Shown piece after piece: positions 1 through 23,015 of a stretch of 64,000 nucleotides of DNA. Every line of letters begins with the position of its first letter. Positions within the stretch are counted from its first letter, which is position 1. A model generated the notes under the pieces. It was not told the DNA's origin, searched no databases, and saw nothing but the letters and a program-made list of their open reading frames with translations. Both the position numbers and the translations under genes were made by a program. The DNA lies in the NCBI RefSeq assembly GCF_009914755.1, contig NC_060938.1; one strand, 5' to 3'. This DNA is from the human T2T-CHM13v2.0 reference genome, Homo sapiens.

Positions 1-240
1 AACCTCAAAGACACATCATTGATTGTACAGATGAAGTGAATGTACCCAGCAGCTGAAGCTGAACTTGAGCAATAATGGTTCAAAGAATGTGATTAATGGT
101 AGGAATCTTTAGGTGTATTATTCATATTGTCTTTTGGCCATTGACTCAATTCTGGATTTTGGGATTTATTAGAAATAGGATCCCTTAATCAAATCAAAGC
201 TAGATTAGTGGGGACTTAATTAATAAGTACTCTTTATTAA

Positions 241-1523
<1,283 letters not shown>

Positions 1524-1671
1524 CTAAAAGACACCCCCCTTGTGGTTTAATTGTGAGAAGTATGCTTTATGATTATAATTTTGATAAAATAAAAGCCTGC
1601 CTCCTCTGTTAGTAATGAATTAGAGCTGCAGGGAACTGGAAACAAAATGAAAGAGCCTGGATAATATAGGC

Positions 1672-1841
1672 TAATGGTTCTCAGACTTTAGCATGCGTTA
1701 GAATCACCTGTAGGGCTGGCTAAACCATGGATCCTGTGCTCAAGCTCTTGAGTTTCTGATTCAGTAGATTTGGTATGGAGCCTAACAAGTTCTGAAGTGA
1801 TGCTTATGTAGTTGGTCAAGTACCACACTCTGAGAACCACT
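1672..1841. mobile_element. MER5A-like hAT-Charlie DNA transposon remnant
   Basis: Termini tggttctca...tgagaaccact and internal cagaatcacctg-like sequence. Confidence 0.75.
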
Positions 1842-1895
1842 AACATTATAAATTCTAACTAACCTACCTGAAAGACATCCAGTTTACTGAAATAG

Positions 1896-4093
<2,198 letters not shown>

Positions 4094-4857
4094 CTTTTGT
4101 GCATTTTTTCCAAGTCCATTAGGGAAATTATCTTTAAAAGTATTTTCACATTGATGAATTTATTGTTCAGTCAGGTTGAGAAAATGAGCCATATTTATTG
4201 AAACCACAATGCAAACAATTAAAAATCAAATTATCAGTTAAATTATCAGCTAAGTAATGTAGATGCTGATTTGTCCAAATCAGCCAAGTAATGTAGATGC
4301 TGATTTGGACAAATCAGCATCTGTGAAGTAAAAGAATGATCGCAGTAAAATTGGATTAGCGAGGTCATCATTTACATATACAGTTGTTGATAGTGTGAGG
4401 GCAAAGTATTAATAGTAGAAATTTAGTTAGACTAGTGGAATTTTAACTTAAGCTATTCCTTTTTGTGACTTGTTAGCTATCAAACTGGCCTGGACCTGAA
4501 AGTTAGTCTTGCTACCTATCTCAAAAGCTTCTTTTGAGAAGATTCAGTAAGTAACCAAGGACTCTTTCTCTCCACTTGCCAGCAAATTTTGTAGAAGCAA
4601 CATGTTAAGCTGGGCAGTTTCCCTCATAGTTGTTTTATGGGCAAAGTGAAAATTGTATTCTTAGATTCATCAGTATGATTTCTTAAATATTTAAGAGAGA
4701 GAAAGCTTGGAAGGTAGTAGCTCCTTATTATTAGGCTTAACCTGAGTTTGATTTGGTAGATTTTAAAAAATATGTAATCTGTGTTTGATTCTTGGTTGTA
4801 TGTAATTTGTTCCTCATCTAAAGAATTTAACGATGGAAATAAACATTCGTGACATGA

Positions 4858-5183
<326 letters not shown>

Positions 5184-5369
5184 AAAAGTTACCCGCTTCT
5201 AAAGCTTTTTCTGTCCATCTATTTCCAGGCCAATTAATCATCCCTGTCTCTGCTCCCTGGCCTACTCTTCCCTGAGTACTCATTCATGTTGCTTCTAACT
5301 TATGAATGATATTATGATATGTAGTGATAATGAGGAAAAAGCTATATTTCCAGGGAAGCATTTGGTGAG

Positions 5370-7750
<2,381 letters not shown>

Positions 7751-7793
7751 TTAAACAAAAATATTTGATGCTCAGTGTTTAATTAAGAACTGA

Positions 7794-8895
<1,102 letters not shown>

Positions 8896-11775
8896 ATTTC
8901 ATACATTATCTTATTTAATCTCATAAGAGTCTGCAAAGTCTATTTTATAATTCCCATTTTACAGAAAAAACCAATGTTCAGAAAAGTAAATTACTTGTTT
9001 GTGGTCTTAAAGTTTGGAAATGGGGGCTGGGGTTTGAATATGTCTAATTCCAATGCCAGATAAGATAAAAACCTTTTTCAGTGTATTGCATTGCCTCTCT
9101 TAACCAAAAAGAAAGCAAAAAATAATGAGTTAGCAGAGTAAATGGTTTTGATTCTCATTTTAACCTGACAGAAATACATATTTTTTTTTCTTTTAAAGTA
9201 CTGCTCTTGTTTATCACTGGATTATTACACATTCAAGATATATATGCTTGCTTTATTTTGGGGATATTTGTTGTATAAGAAAATAGAGGAATATGCCTTT
9301 TTGTCCAAGCTAAATAAAACAACTTCATTATCCATTTTTATTGTTTTTTTATTTAATGATGGTTCTACTTTTAAAATACCACAGCAAAAATATCTTACAG
9401 GTATTTCTAGCCTTTTCAAATTATGTGCCTTCTAAGTGTCCTATTTATTTATTTCACAAATATTTGTTAACATCTGTGTGCACGTTACTTTACAAGTGTC
9501 GGTTGAATTAACTTTTGTAAATGTAATAGCAAAAACATTGTACAGGGTTCTGTAAATAGCCATAAAGTTAATCTTAGGGGAAAATTTTTTTCTTGTGCCA
9601 GCACTTACTGAGCACTTAACTGTATTATCTTTAAGGCTCACAATAACTCAGTAAGGTAGATACCAATCCCCACTTAACAGAGGAAGGAACTGAGGCATGG
9701 AGAGCCTACATAATTCATCTGAGATCACTAATACGTGATGGATTTACACCTAAGGTAGATTTAAATCCCTTACGATCATAGGTTTTCTGTCATAAGTATT
9801 AAAAGTTTCTATTAAACAACAAAATAGTTTATAGGGAAATATTATATTTGTCCTCACTAGTATTTTAAATTAAATCCATAATGTCCAATGAACCATACAC
9901 AAAAATTCATAGAGATTTTTTGTATGTGCTTTAAACTAGAACTAGCTGCAGTTAAAACCCAGATTGTAATTTTACAAACAAGGCCACCCCTAACAATATT
10001 AAAATAAAATGATATTATTCCCTGGCTTAAAGAAAAATTCTCCAATAACCATGGGAATGCTTGTGGTATGAAGACAGCATCTTAAATCTCGATGCAAGTC
10101 ATACACAAAGTGTTATTGCGATGAAAAAATAGTGGCGTGAATAATACCCGCTCACAGCCCAAGACATTTGATGTATCTTGGGCCTCAGTGTTTGTTGGAT
10201 TTTACAATTTCATGAGGAAGATTTGTATTTTTTTAAAAAGTTCTATATTTCTGTGTGTTCCACTTGATGTCAAATCTGTATTCTTAGGTTGTAGGGTTCC
10301 ATTAAAAAAAATAAATAATCTCAGCCCCTCCTCCCTCCACCCCCGTTTCCCCCCACACTCATTTTGTATAATATGGTAATGATATCACCGTAGCAGTAAT
10401 TACGGGTCATCTTCATTTCTTTCATCTCTGCCTGTTCTGGTGGCTTCATTCCTTTGACGGGAAAGATTTGGCTCTGGGTGCTATGATTATTTTGTTAAGC
10501 GTTATTCGAATAGACAGGAGTGAGAGAAATTAATCAATCCAAATGCAATTAGCATCATGTTTAACCCAGTGATGGACGTCTCAAGGTGAAACAGCCAGGG
10601 GAGTTTCAGACATTATTATTCAATCCAGTGGTTCTTATCTAAATTATAATCAAGAGAGGTTTTTATTGGCTTCTCAGTGTGAAGATGTAACCCTTTCCCT
10701 TCCCTGGGGGTCAAGAAGACTAGGCCTTCATCATCCCTAGACGTTAGCTGTTGCCAGCTGCCAGCCCCTTGAAGTCAGATAGACAGGGCAGGAAAGTTGT
10801 CTGAATATGCAGGTCATTTGAAATTATCTATACTGTGATCCTGGTCTGATTTTCCTGAGAGTGGAACCTAGCCTATGAATAAGCTACTCTGTCTAACTTG
10901 GGGCAAAATATTTTGTGTTCTGATCAAGTCACTTTGACTAGTTGTTGTTCTTCTATCTTAACCTTACATGATAGATTATTATTGCTGTTCTTACTTTATG
11001 GATGAGGATATTAAGTCTGTGAAGCTACTAGCCTTTGGTCATAATAAGTGTTTCACCAGGATGTATTACTATGTAAAGGCCCTGAAGCATGAATGTTCTG
11101 CACAAATTTATGAGTATTTAATAAAAGTTCTAGCCCCCAGAGTATTAATTCATTGCTCTGATCTCATTGCCTTTCATTCAATTGAGTTGTACCCTTGAAA
11201 AGGAAACCAAGTAAAACTATGAAATAGACCTGTCAGGTCCTCAGAAAAGGAAACAAAGTGCAGCTAAGAAGTTGTTAGCTCTCATTTCTCGAACACAGAT
11301 CTTTGGGGGTTTTTTGCTGTTGTTTTGGTTTGTTTCTAGTAGGAAGAAGGATGATAAGAATACATATTTGAAATCTAGTCTTGTTTTGCTCTTAAAAGAG
11401 GGCAGAGCAAGGAGAGTTGATGGAGAAACAGTCTTTCACTTGAATGCAACATTTTTCAAATGCCTGACAATTAAGATTCTTCTACTTCTGCCTTCAATCA
11501 TCAGGCATCATGGCTGACACTTCCCATATTTTATGTTCCTGCTTGATGTTTTATATTCTGAAAATAAATCTGTTGGTTGGATATTTCTGTCCTTTTTTTT
11601 CTGTTATGAAAAGCCATTAAAATTATTTTCCATATTGGAACTGTCCAAATTTGTTTACCTGCACATTGAGTCCTGGCTTTTCTTTTTCATATTACTTCTT
11701 GGATAAAACACTGTCTGCAAATGGGTGTTACTATGAATTGAAGAAAAAAAGTTTGATATAAAATTATCTTTCTCA

Positions 11776-13729
<1,954 letters not shown>

Positions 13730-14020
13730 ACTAAACTGGGATTTTATGTGTTCCTTTTGGCTAGAAGTATCTACTGGTATAGTTAAAGAAGGTAGCTCCA
13801 CCTAGTACCCGACATTACTCCAGCCAGGCTTAATACACCACAGTATGCCTTCATTCACACAGATGCAAGTCATTTGTGTTACCATTTATCTTGCATTGGA
13901 AGATCTTTTTAGAAATAAATAGGTCTTTTGTCACTCCTGGTGCTATGTATGTGCTTACTTGGTGTAGATCTGGTACCTCCTGTAAAGCAGCAGCTAAGGA
14001 GACTCCACGGCTTACCATGA

Positions 14021-14401
<381 letters not shown>

Positions 14402-15008
14402 TGAAGGTGGAGGGGTAGGATAGTTCAGTGGTGCAGTCTAAGATTAAGAGGCATACACCACTTGGTAGACTAATGAAAGCTCGTTGTGAACAACAGTATA
14501 TCAATGAGGCAGATCAGATTCCAATTTGATGGGCAGCCAATTAATGAGACAGACACACCTGCACAGTTGGAAATGAGGATACAATTGATATGTTCCAGCA
14601 GCAGACAGGAGGTGTCTACTACAAAGGGAACCTGCTCTTTACTGCAGAACTCCATTCCCACAGACCAGGAATACATTCTCAGAAAACTACAACTCCGTTG
14701 AATTCCATCCTGACTACAAAAGTGTAGGGTTTTTTTTGTCCTTTCGTGTACCCCTTTCTCATTCCTTTACTGTGCATAAAGTGACTGGCATTTGTGCACA
14801 AGCATATTACCTTTTTATTTTTAAACTAAATGGCCAATGATATGTTTTGATCAACATCAGATGGAGATAAGATGGGGATAAATACTGATTCTGTGGCAAT
14901 GCCCCCTTTCTCCATTAGTGGCATGCTCATTCAGCTCTTATCTTTATACTTCATTAAGTTATTTTGCCTCATCATTTAATAAAAATCAATAACAAAAAAT
15001 CCTTCCAT

Positions 15009-15225
15009 GCTTGAAGCTAGTAGTTCAAGATCCTGTCTCCACAAAAAAAAAAAAAGAAAAAAATTAGCCAGGTATTGCATGCCTGTAGTCACAACTACTT
15101 AGGAGGCTGAGGCAGGAGGATCACTTGAGTCCAGGAGGTTGAGGCTGCAGTGAGCTATGGCTGCACCACTGCACTCCAGCCTGGGTGACAGAACGAGACC
15201 TTGTCTCTTATAAAAAAAAAAAAAA
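15009..15225 (+). mobile_element. 5'-truncated Alu (AluJ-like) in the SUMO2 pseudogene 3'UTR
   Basis: TSD aaaaaatccttccat on both sides; right arm has J-type gaggctgcagtgagctatg. Confidence 0.88.
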
Positions 15226-16622
15226 TCCTTCCATACCTTGTTAAATTTGAGAATTTTGGTGTTTTTCACGTGTCATTCTAAAACCAACCAGTTTTTAAAC
15301 TCTTGTACATAGCTGTTACATGTAGGGCAATATGTCTTTAAGTAGGGATAAGTTACTCTAAAAGAAATGAATCTTAGATAGTTTTCCCACCAGGCATCCT
15401 ATTGCTTAAGTAAACTTTCTGTTTGAAATGAAACAAATAGTTTTACAGTAGCTAGCATTTATTGAATGCCTGTGTGACTTTGTATTAATCCTACCTTGAA
15501 TGAATGAGGAAAGGAGCTCAGAAAAATAACTTGGTAATTTGCCTATGTGGCCCAGGGTCAATGTAAGAGCTGAAGTCCTGCTCTTTTCACAATATTACAT
15601 TGTCTCCTTTGTTTCCTGGCCACTCATATTACAATCTCCTAAAAGCAACCTGTTATTGCTCTTCTGAATATGAGAAACCCAGTGGAAAGTAATTTGTCCC
15701 CGCTTCACAAACATTTTTAATTATGTTGAGGCATAGAAATATTTAAAGTAGTTTGCATTGGAATTGAAAAACTGAACTATGAGTTTCTTCCACTTCATTA
15801 AAAAGTTTCTTAAACTTTACATTGTTCCCTACATAAAAGCTGAGCAGAATTTTATCAGGCAATTGCCTCAAAGTTATAATCTGGACAATCTTTCTGTAAT
15901 AAAACCCATATGTCATTGGGGAAAGGTGCAGAGCCCTGGCAGAGAGGGCTGGTCTTGAGAGAGGTTCTGCACCCAATCTCGTTAACCAGGGTGCCTCTGG
16001 TAATCCCTCATCCCTCACCAGTGAGAAATCAATCTGTACCACTGAATCTTTTTCAACCAGCCACCAGAAAAATTTACTGCAGAGAAGGCAGTTTGGGGAT
16101 AGTTATCGTGGAAAGTGAGCCAGAAGCAAGGCTAAATGTAGGATGGAGGAATTGGAGAGTCTAAAGAAGAGATTATATTAAACCACACACCACTTTCAGA
16201 GCAGGCACAGTGGAGTCCTCCTTTCAGCCCTGACCTCTCCAAGTATACCCAGGTATTTACAGCTGCCATGAACTGGATAGCCCTGGAGGAACTACGAAAG
16301 TGGTGGGGGATAACAGAAACAGTGGAAACCTGAAAGTTGATTGTAGTCTATCCATTTGCTGTCTCTCAGTGTGTAGTAGCCAGTCCCCTCTCCACACTCT
16401 GCAGCATTTCACATGTTAACCCTATAGTGACAGTTTCAATTGTGGCTTTCTCAATTTGTGATCTATGTACGACATAATAGGGCCTGTAAATCATGACTTG
16501 ACATAGGGGTCATGCTTCTCTCCTGCACGGCATACACCAGTAGCTGATGACCAGTGGGCCCCTCTTGGCATAGTTATTAGAATGGAAGCGGTGTTGCCTT
16601 CCTGTGAAACCTTGTAATCTTA

Positions 16623-16950
<328 letters not shown>

Positions 16951-17326
16951 AAAATAGTTGACAGATTTCACTGACTCTATATAACACTCTCTCTCTCCCA
17001 ATCTTGTTGTGTCTAGAATTGTTTTCTATATAATATAATACATTATGGGGAACAAAGAAAAAGGAGAAAATGGAGGAACTGGGAGTGCCAAGCTGAAGAA
17101 CATGTAGTCTTACTCTGGCCATTCATCCTAGAATTATACCAAGCTACAACCATTGTGAAGAAGAAGGGACAGAACCAGGCAGTGGGGAATAGAAATGGCT
17201 TTCTCTTCTCTGTAAGCAGGCAGTAGTCATCTCTAAAGATTTTTCCCCAAAGAGATTTGAAATTCCTGATGGGAGCTTAAAAAGCTAAGAGTAAAATACA
17301 TTTATTTATAAGACCCTACTAGAAGA

Positions 17327-17379
17327 GGTGTGTGTGGGTGTGTGTGTGTATGTGTGTGTGTGTGTGTGTGTGCGCGTGT
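17327..17379. repeat. (TG)n microsatellite ending in CGCG
   Basis: Read directly from the sequence. Confidence 0.95.
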
Positions 17380-17591
17380 AGACGAGGAATACAGAATAGT
17401 AGCAGAAGGCTGTCTCCCTACTCCTAATGGGATTTTGTAGCAGTATGTGCAAGTTTGTTTCAGAAGTCAAAAATGAACAGATGTTAGTATAAATTACCTC
17501 TGTGTCTGATGTCTTGCAAATTAAAAGCGCAGTTGGCATCACTAAACAATTTCACTAGGTTTGGGGGGGTGCGGTTAGCGGGCGGTGATTA

Positions 17592-17730
17592 CTGTAGCAG
17601 GTCGGTAAGAATCTTCGCCCTGCAGCAGAGCAAGGATAAAGAAATGAGGAATAAAATAAGGGCTATATGAATTAATCAGAAATGTTAACATCTCTGATGA
17701 CAAGTGAACAGGAGGGCACGTGCTCTGGAG
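17592..17730 (+). repeat. 139-bp local duplication, copy 1
   Basis: Identical to 19075-19213 except for 3 substitutions. Confidence 0.97.
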
Positions 17731-19074
17731 CAGCCCCTGACCCACAGCAATTTCTCTGTGCACAAAAAGGGGTTGGTGCTTAGCATCTGATTTATAGGGC
17801 ACAGCCCTCTTTTAGGGAGCGGCTGTGTCATACATTCGTATATCTCCTGTATGGGACTGGCGAGTAGGAAAACTTTCTCTCCTCCCATGTAGGAGATGAT
17901 GTCTTTTGAATTACTTCTACTTTTACAGTGGTTTCCTGCAGCTCTGTGTACTTGGATTAGGTTGAAGGGGGAGGAATGATTGAGTAGAAAAAGGGTTGTT
18001 AAAAAGGATTGGTTAAATTCAAGGAGAGCTTGCCACTGAGAGACTTCAGAATATCTATTTATTTTTCCTTTTAAACCCTTTTGACCCCTTAAATTGTGTG
18101 GATCTTTTAAAATTCTAAGTCTTAAAATATTGGTCATTTTCCCATTTGGGGAAAAACAGTAAGGAGTTGGTGAGTCTGAAGGTCAGCAGGCAGAAATCAT
18201 TGGTTAGAGCAATGCAGTGCTCCAGGCCCAGGATTTTTGGAACAAGGCTCTATTCTCTCCAGAAGACTTTTGTATTGACCGTGTCTGGTTTCCAGAGCTC
18301 CTGCTTCTAGCCATGTTGCAGGATCATTAGTTACATGTTTAAACTTGAGAGTAGACAGATAACCCATCTAGTAGAAATAAGTGAGACCCAATCTGCCCAA
18401 AAGTATAAGTAAATTTCTTTTCCTTCAAGCTGAGGGAAAAGATTCCAAGGAACGGAGTTTTGTTTGCTAGCCTCCCTTTGTGCAGTTTGTTCATTCATTC
18501 ATTCATTCATTCACTCACTCAGAAAATACTAAGTGCGAGAGAACTTACCCCCCTCTGGAAAGTGTTGTGTTAATGATTAGCACTATACCAAGCATGTTCA
18601 TTGCTAATATCCAAGAGAAAAGTAGGGTATTAACATGCTCTCCGTTACAAATGAAGAGACTGAGGCTCAGAGATCTGCCCAGCCCAAGGTGTCACCCTGC
18701 TGCTAAGTGCTAGAGCTGAAACTTAAACTGAGTTCAAATCCTGTGTTCTCTGCAAGAAGCCCATGCTACCTCCTATGGGCAAGACAGTACTTGATTGGAT
18801 TTTCTCTAGAGTAGTTAGTCCTTGACCCCAGTCTCTCCATGAACTTGGCATTATTTGCATTAAGGGAAATGATTTTCTTGCCAAATAAGCAAGGCACATT
18901 TAAAAAGACTCCCATCATGTAGAGAATGGAGCACTGAGGGCCACTAACTAGTCATATTTGTTAATGGAAAGGAAGGAAACTAACATTTTTTGCATTTCTA
19001 CTTGGTTCTAGTTCTTTGGTGTATTATAATTTATCCAGTCAACACTTACTCAGCAGACACTGGGTCTGCTGAGT

Positions 19075-19213
19075 CTGTAGCAGGTCGGTAAGAATCTTCG
19101 CAGTGCAGCAGAGCAAGGATAAAGAAATGAGGAATAAAATAAGGGCTATATGAATTAATCAGAAATGTTAACATCTCTGATGACAAGTGAACAGGAGAGC
19201 ACGTGCTCTGGAG
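19075..19213 (+). repeat. 139-bp local duplication, copy 2 (part of a mosaic insertion)
   Basis: Copy of 17592-17730, flanked by a hairpin and by other locally copied pieces. Confidence 0.97.
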
Positions 19214-20717
19214 TTTGGATCTGATTGTGGATCTTTTGCCAAGGGAGAGAAGACCAAAGCTCTTAACAGTCTCTGCCTTCAGTTTTTACATTTTAGTGGA
19301 GGAAGACAACCATATAAGCTAGTAATTGCATGCAAGTCTTATGGGAACTTTCTTGTACAGGATTTGCTGTAAATCCATGAAGGAAGGAATGGTCTGTTTG
19401 ATTTGGTCTGGGTTGGGGTTGTGAGCACATGAGGCAAGACCCAACACTGGGCTTCTATGCCTAGTTAATGGAATTTCCTTTCCCTTTGTTGGGGCACAGG
19501 AACTAGTGAAAGATGGGGAATGTATAGACTGAAGTTACAAAAGCCTCCCTGTGGTCCCAGAGGTTGTGTAGTTTTTATTTCTTCATTGTACAAGAAAACA
19601 AGAAACTGTTAAACTTAAATTGGGGCAGAGGGGAGCTGGAGGCCATTCATCTAGCTCCATTTGCTCTGGACTTGGGAAAGGCAACAAGGAGGCCAGGGTG
19701 AAGGTCCTTCTCATTCCTGAGAGTGCCTCCCTAGCCACCTCACTTCTTTGGCCAGGACGGAGATGTGTTCTTGGGAGACCACACAGCCTACCCCGTGCCT
19801 ACTGCATGGTTCCAGAAGGCCTGGCTTCCAGAGCCAGCCATCAGCGATCAGAAACTTTCTGCACTGTTAAATCCATTTAAGAAATCTGAAAACATGGCCT
19901 TGCAGGATGAGGATGAGGATGAGGAAGGGGCTGTTACACTACGTATGCTTTCTGAGATCTAAAATGGGAGACCTCTGGAGTAGCCCTTGTAATTGAGAAA
20001 TGTTTTACTTTCATTTTGGAGCCTTATATGTAGGAAAGTAGCTGTATAAACCCACTTGTAACTATAGCATTCAAAGATTGATGGTGCTGAAAGCCGGAGA
20101 AAGACACATAAACCTTGGCTGGCTATATTAAATAGCTAAGGACTGACAATGCCAAGGGAGAGAAGACCAAAGCTCTATAAACCCTACTTTATGACACCAT
20201 CCACAGATGAACTGCACTGAGGGAATATAAACCCTGTTATATTACAGTATCCAGGGACTAACACTGCTGAGAGATAGGGTAAATGATCTCTAATTTTGAT
20301 TTGAGATTATAAATGTCCAGAGACCAGCAACCCAGAGAAGACTAATCTTGGTTGGATTTTAGGCTTCAAGAGCAAACCCCCTGAGATAGTGAACATGAGT
20401 ATTAGGTTAGATTCTAGAGACAGAGATAGGTTTTGGGGGAATCCCCTGGTGATTTGTTTAAAGGTGGATGATAAAATCTTTCCCAGTCATTTGGCATGTA
20501 TCTCAATTGCCAACTTCAGAATAGCTTTGTACAGTTTTAGTTGTCTATAGTGGTTTGTTTTTACCCCCTTTTAGGTTAGTTGGTGATGATTGAATCTGTT
20601 GTGATAGCAACTTGATATATAATTTAAATCAATCTGCATTTTTAAATTAAATCTTCCTATGATTCTTTTTTCCGATTTTAGGTTTTCATTGATCATTTGT
20701 TTGCTTTGTGATTCCAG

Positions 20718-20773
20718 CCAGAGAGATGACACGGGGGAAATTCCTCAATATTCTAGAGAAGCCCAAGAAGTAG
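20718..20773 (+). CDS. LIN52: LIN52 (DREAM/MuvB core subunit) final coding exon
   Basis: Acceptor gattccag|CC AGA GAG ATG ACA CGG GGG AAA TTC CTC AAT ATT CTA GAG AAG CCC AAG AAG TAG = (S)REMTRGKFLNILEKPKK*, the LIN52 C-terminus. LIN52 is the known upstream neighbour of VSX2. Not called in the ORF track. Confidence 0.93.
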
Positions 20774-21905
20774 CAGCTGCTTGCGGACAGGATGTCCTGG
20801 GGTCCGAAACCAAGCTCCCTTCCCGGTGCACCTCTAACAATGCACACCTCACTGCTTGCTTGGGAGAGGCCAGAGGGTGTACCTCCAGGACTGCCCTCTC
20901 CCCTGCTCCTGGCACTCTACACGTCTGAGGACATTCAGCAGCAAGAGAAGAATCTGCTCTACCCAAGGATCATTGCAGTTACTCAATCAACTTTCAGACT
21001 TGAACCTTCTTAGCCTCGGATATTGGTAACAGCTGAGGGCATATCATTCTTAAAGGTCGAAGTCCTGCTTTCTCATTTCTGGAAGTGATTCAGGAGCCCC
21101 AGGATCTTACGGTTGATTTGACTCAGTCATGGCAGTCAGTTGTGACATGTTGATTGGATGGGTTCTTTTGAATTGTTCTTGATCTCTTAGAAAGTGTTTA
21201 CGATGTGAGGAGACCAGAGACCAAGTAGATTCTGGACCAGACCATGCAGCCTGACCTGTGAACTCTCCAGTATATACTAAGTTCCCAGAATCCCCAGCTG
21301 AAGAAACCAGAATCTTCTCGAAATGTATATCTGTTTTTTAAAACTTCTATACCTCTTATGATAGTCCCATTTGCTTTTCATTCCTTACTTCCCAGCCCCA
21401 CCTTCTAGTTCTGACTTCGGGCAGAGGGATCCCTGAGTCCCTCCTGGAATTAGCTTGTATAGTGAAAGGCCCATCCAAGGTTGTCTAAAGACCAATGTGA
21501 AGGTGACAGAAAGGACTTTTGAGTTCTAATTAATCTGTTACAGCTTCAAGCAAGAAAGTCAGTATAGCCTGAAAGACAAGAGAAACGGGATGGTTTATAG
21601 GAGTTCCCATTTGGTTGAAAGCTAGAAGCCCTAATTGACCTTAAAGTAACATGCTATGGGATGGTGGGATTGTCCCCTCTGACAGCACATATGAAATAGT
21701 TCATCTATATAATAGAAACGCACACACACGAAAGAGAATCTTCTGACTTAAATACAACTTTCATGGAGTTCTTCACCACTTATCTGTCTCTGTTAAAATC
21801 TGAAAATCTAGCCCATGGCTAAAATCTATTATATGTGTTCTCCATATTTCTTGTATAAGCCAGTCCCCAGCATCTGATGTTTTGAGAAGTGCATGGAGTT
21901 TCCTA

Positions 21906-22328
<423 letters not shown>

Positions 22329-22599
22329 TCAGTTTAACAGCTGATCCATTAAACCTTTTCTGACATTTGTGCCTTGTTCTCATGCTAGAATTAATGCTGG
22401 ATTTTTCTCTCATTTGACCATCAATGTAGTTTTACTTATTGAAAGGAAAAAAGACTTAACACAAGATAGGAAAGATGAGTATGAGAAGTAAAACATTCTG
22501 CTGGGGTGCTACATAGAAGGTTAGGTTGTAGGGGCTTTGATTTTAATTTAAACTTATTATCGATTGATATTTCTGTATCTCACTAAATGCGGTTGAAGA

Positions 22600-22630
22600 G
22601 TGTGTGTGTGTGTGCGCGCGCGCGCATGTG
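22600..22630. repeat. (TG)7(CG)5 alternating purine-pyrimidine tract
   Basis: gtgtgtgtgtgtgtgcgcgcgcgcgcatgtg. Confidence 0.95.
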
Positions 22631-23009
22631 GCCAAAAAATAGTGCCATAATGTCAAATTCTTCCTTTGCTCTGTTTTTGAGAGTTGATGACATCAGGCAC
22701 TTTTCAGTGTTTGGGGAAATTGATTGGGATACCTCCCCCAAACCAACTCAAGTCTGTAACTGGAAGCCAGGTGGTTGGTTTTCTGGTCCGCTTTGTCCTC
22801 TTTCTTTTACCGTCATCCTATTCACCAGCACTTAATGTAAGTAGATGTTTTAGAATTGCAATATTTATTGGTTTAGTATTTGTCATCCTTAGAAATGTTA
22901 ATGATGTATTTTTATATTGATAATATAAATTTATGTACAGTATGTGTGTATATGTATTTCAGGATGTTATAGTATTGTACTTTGTATGTGATGGTTTTTG
23001 TGTCTTCAT

Positions 23010-23015
23010 AATAAA
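23010..23015 (+). terminator. Candidate main LIN52 polyadenylation signal
   Basis: AATAAA preceded by several TGTA (CFIm-type) elements, with a CA dinucleotide ~14 nt downstream and a gttttt tract after it. A second AATAAA lies at 23261. Confidence 0.65.

Noticed and set aside
4261-4322. Pre-miRNA
   Set aside because: The hairpin is better explained by recent template switching, and I recognise no miRNA sequence.
14486-14701. Functional SUMO-like ORF
   Set aside because: Fragment of a pseudogene with an in-frame stop, frameshifts and an Alu insertion; the diglycine is out of frame.
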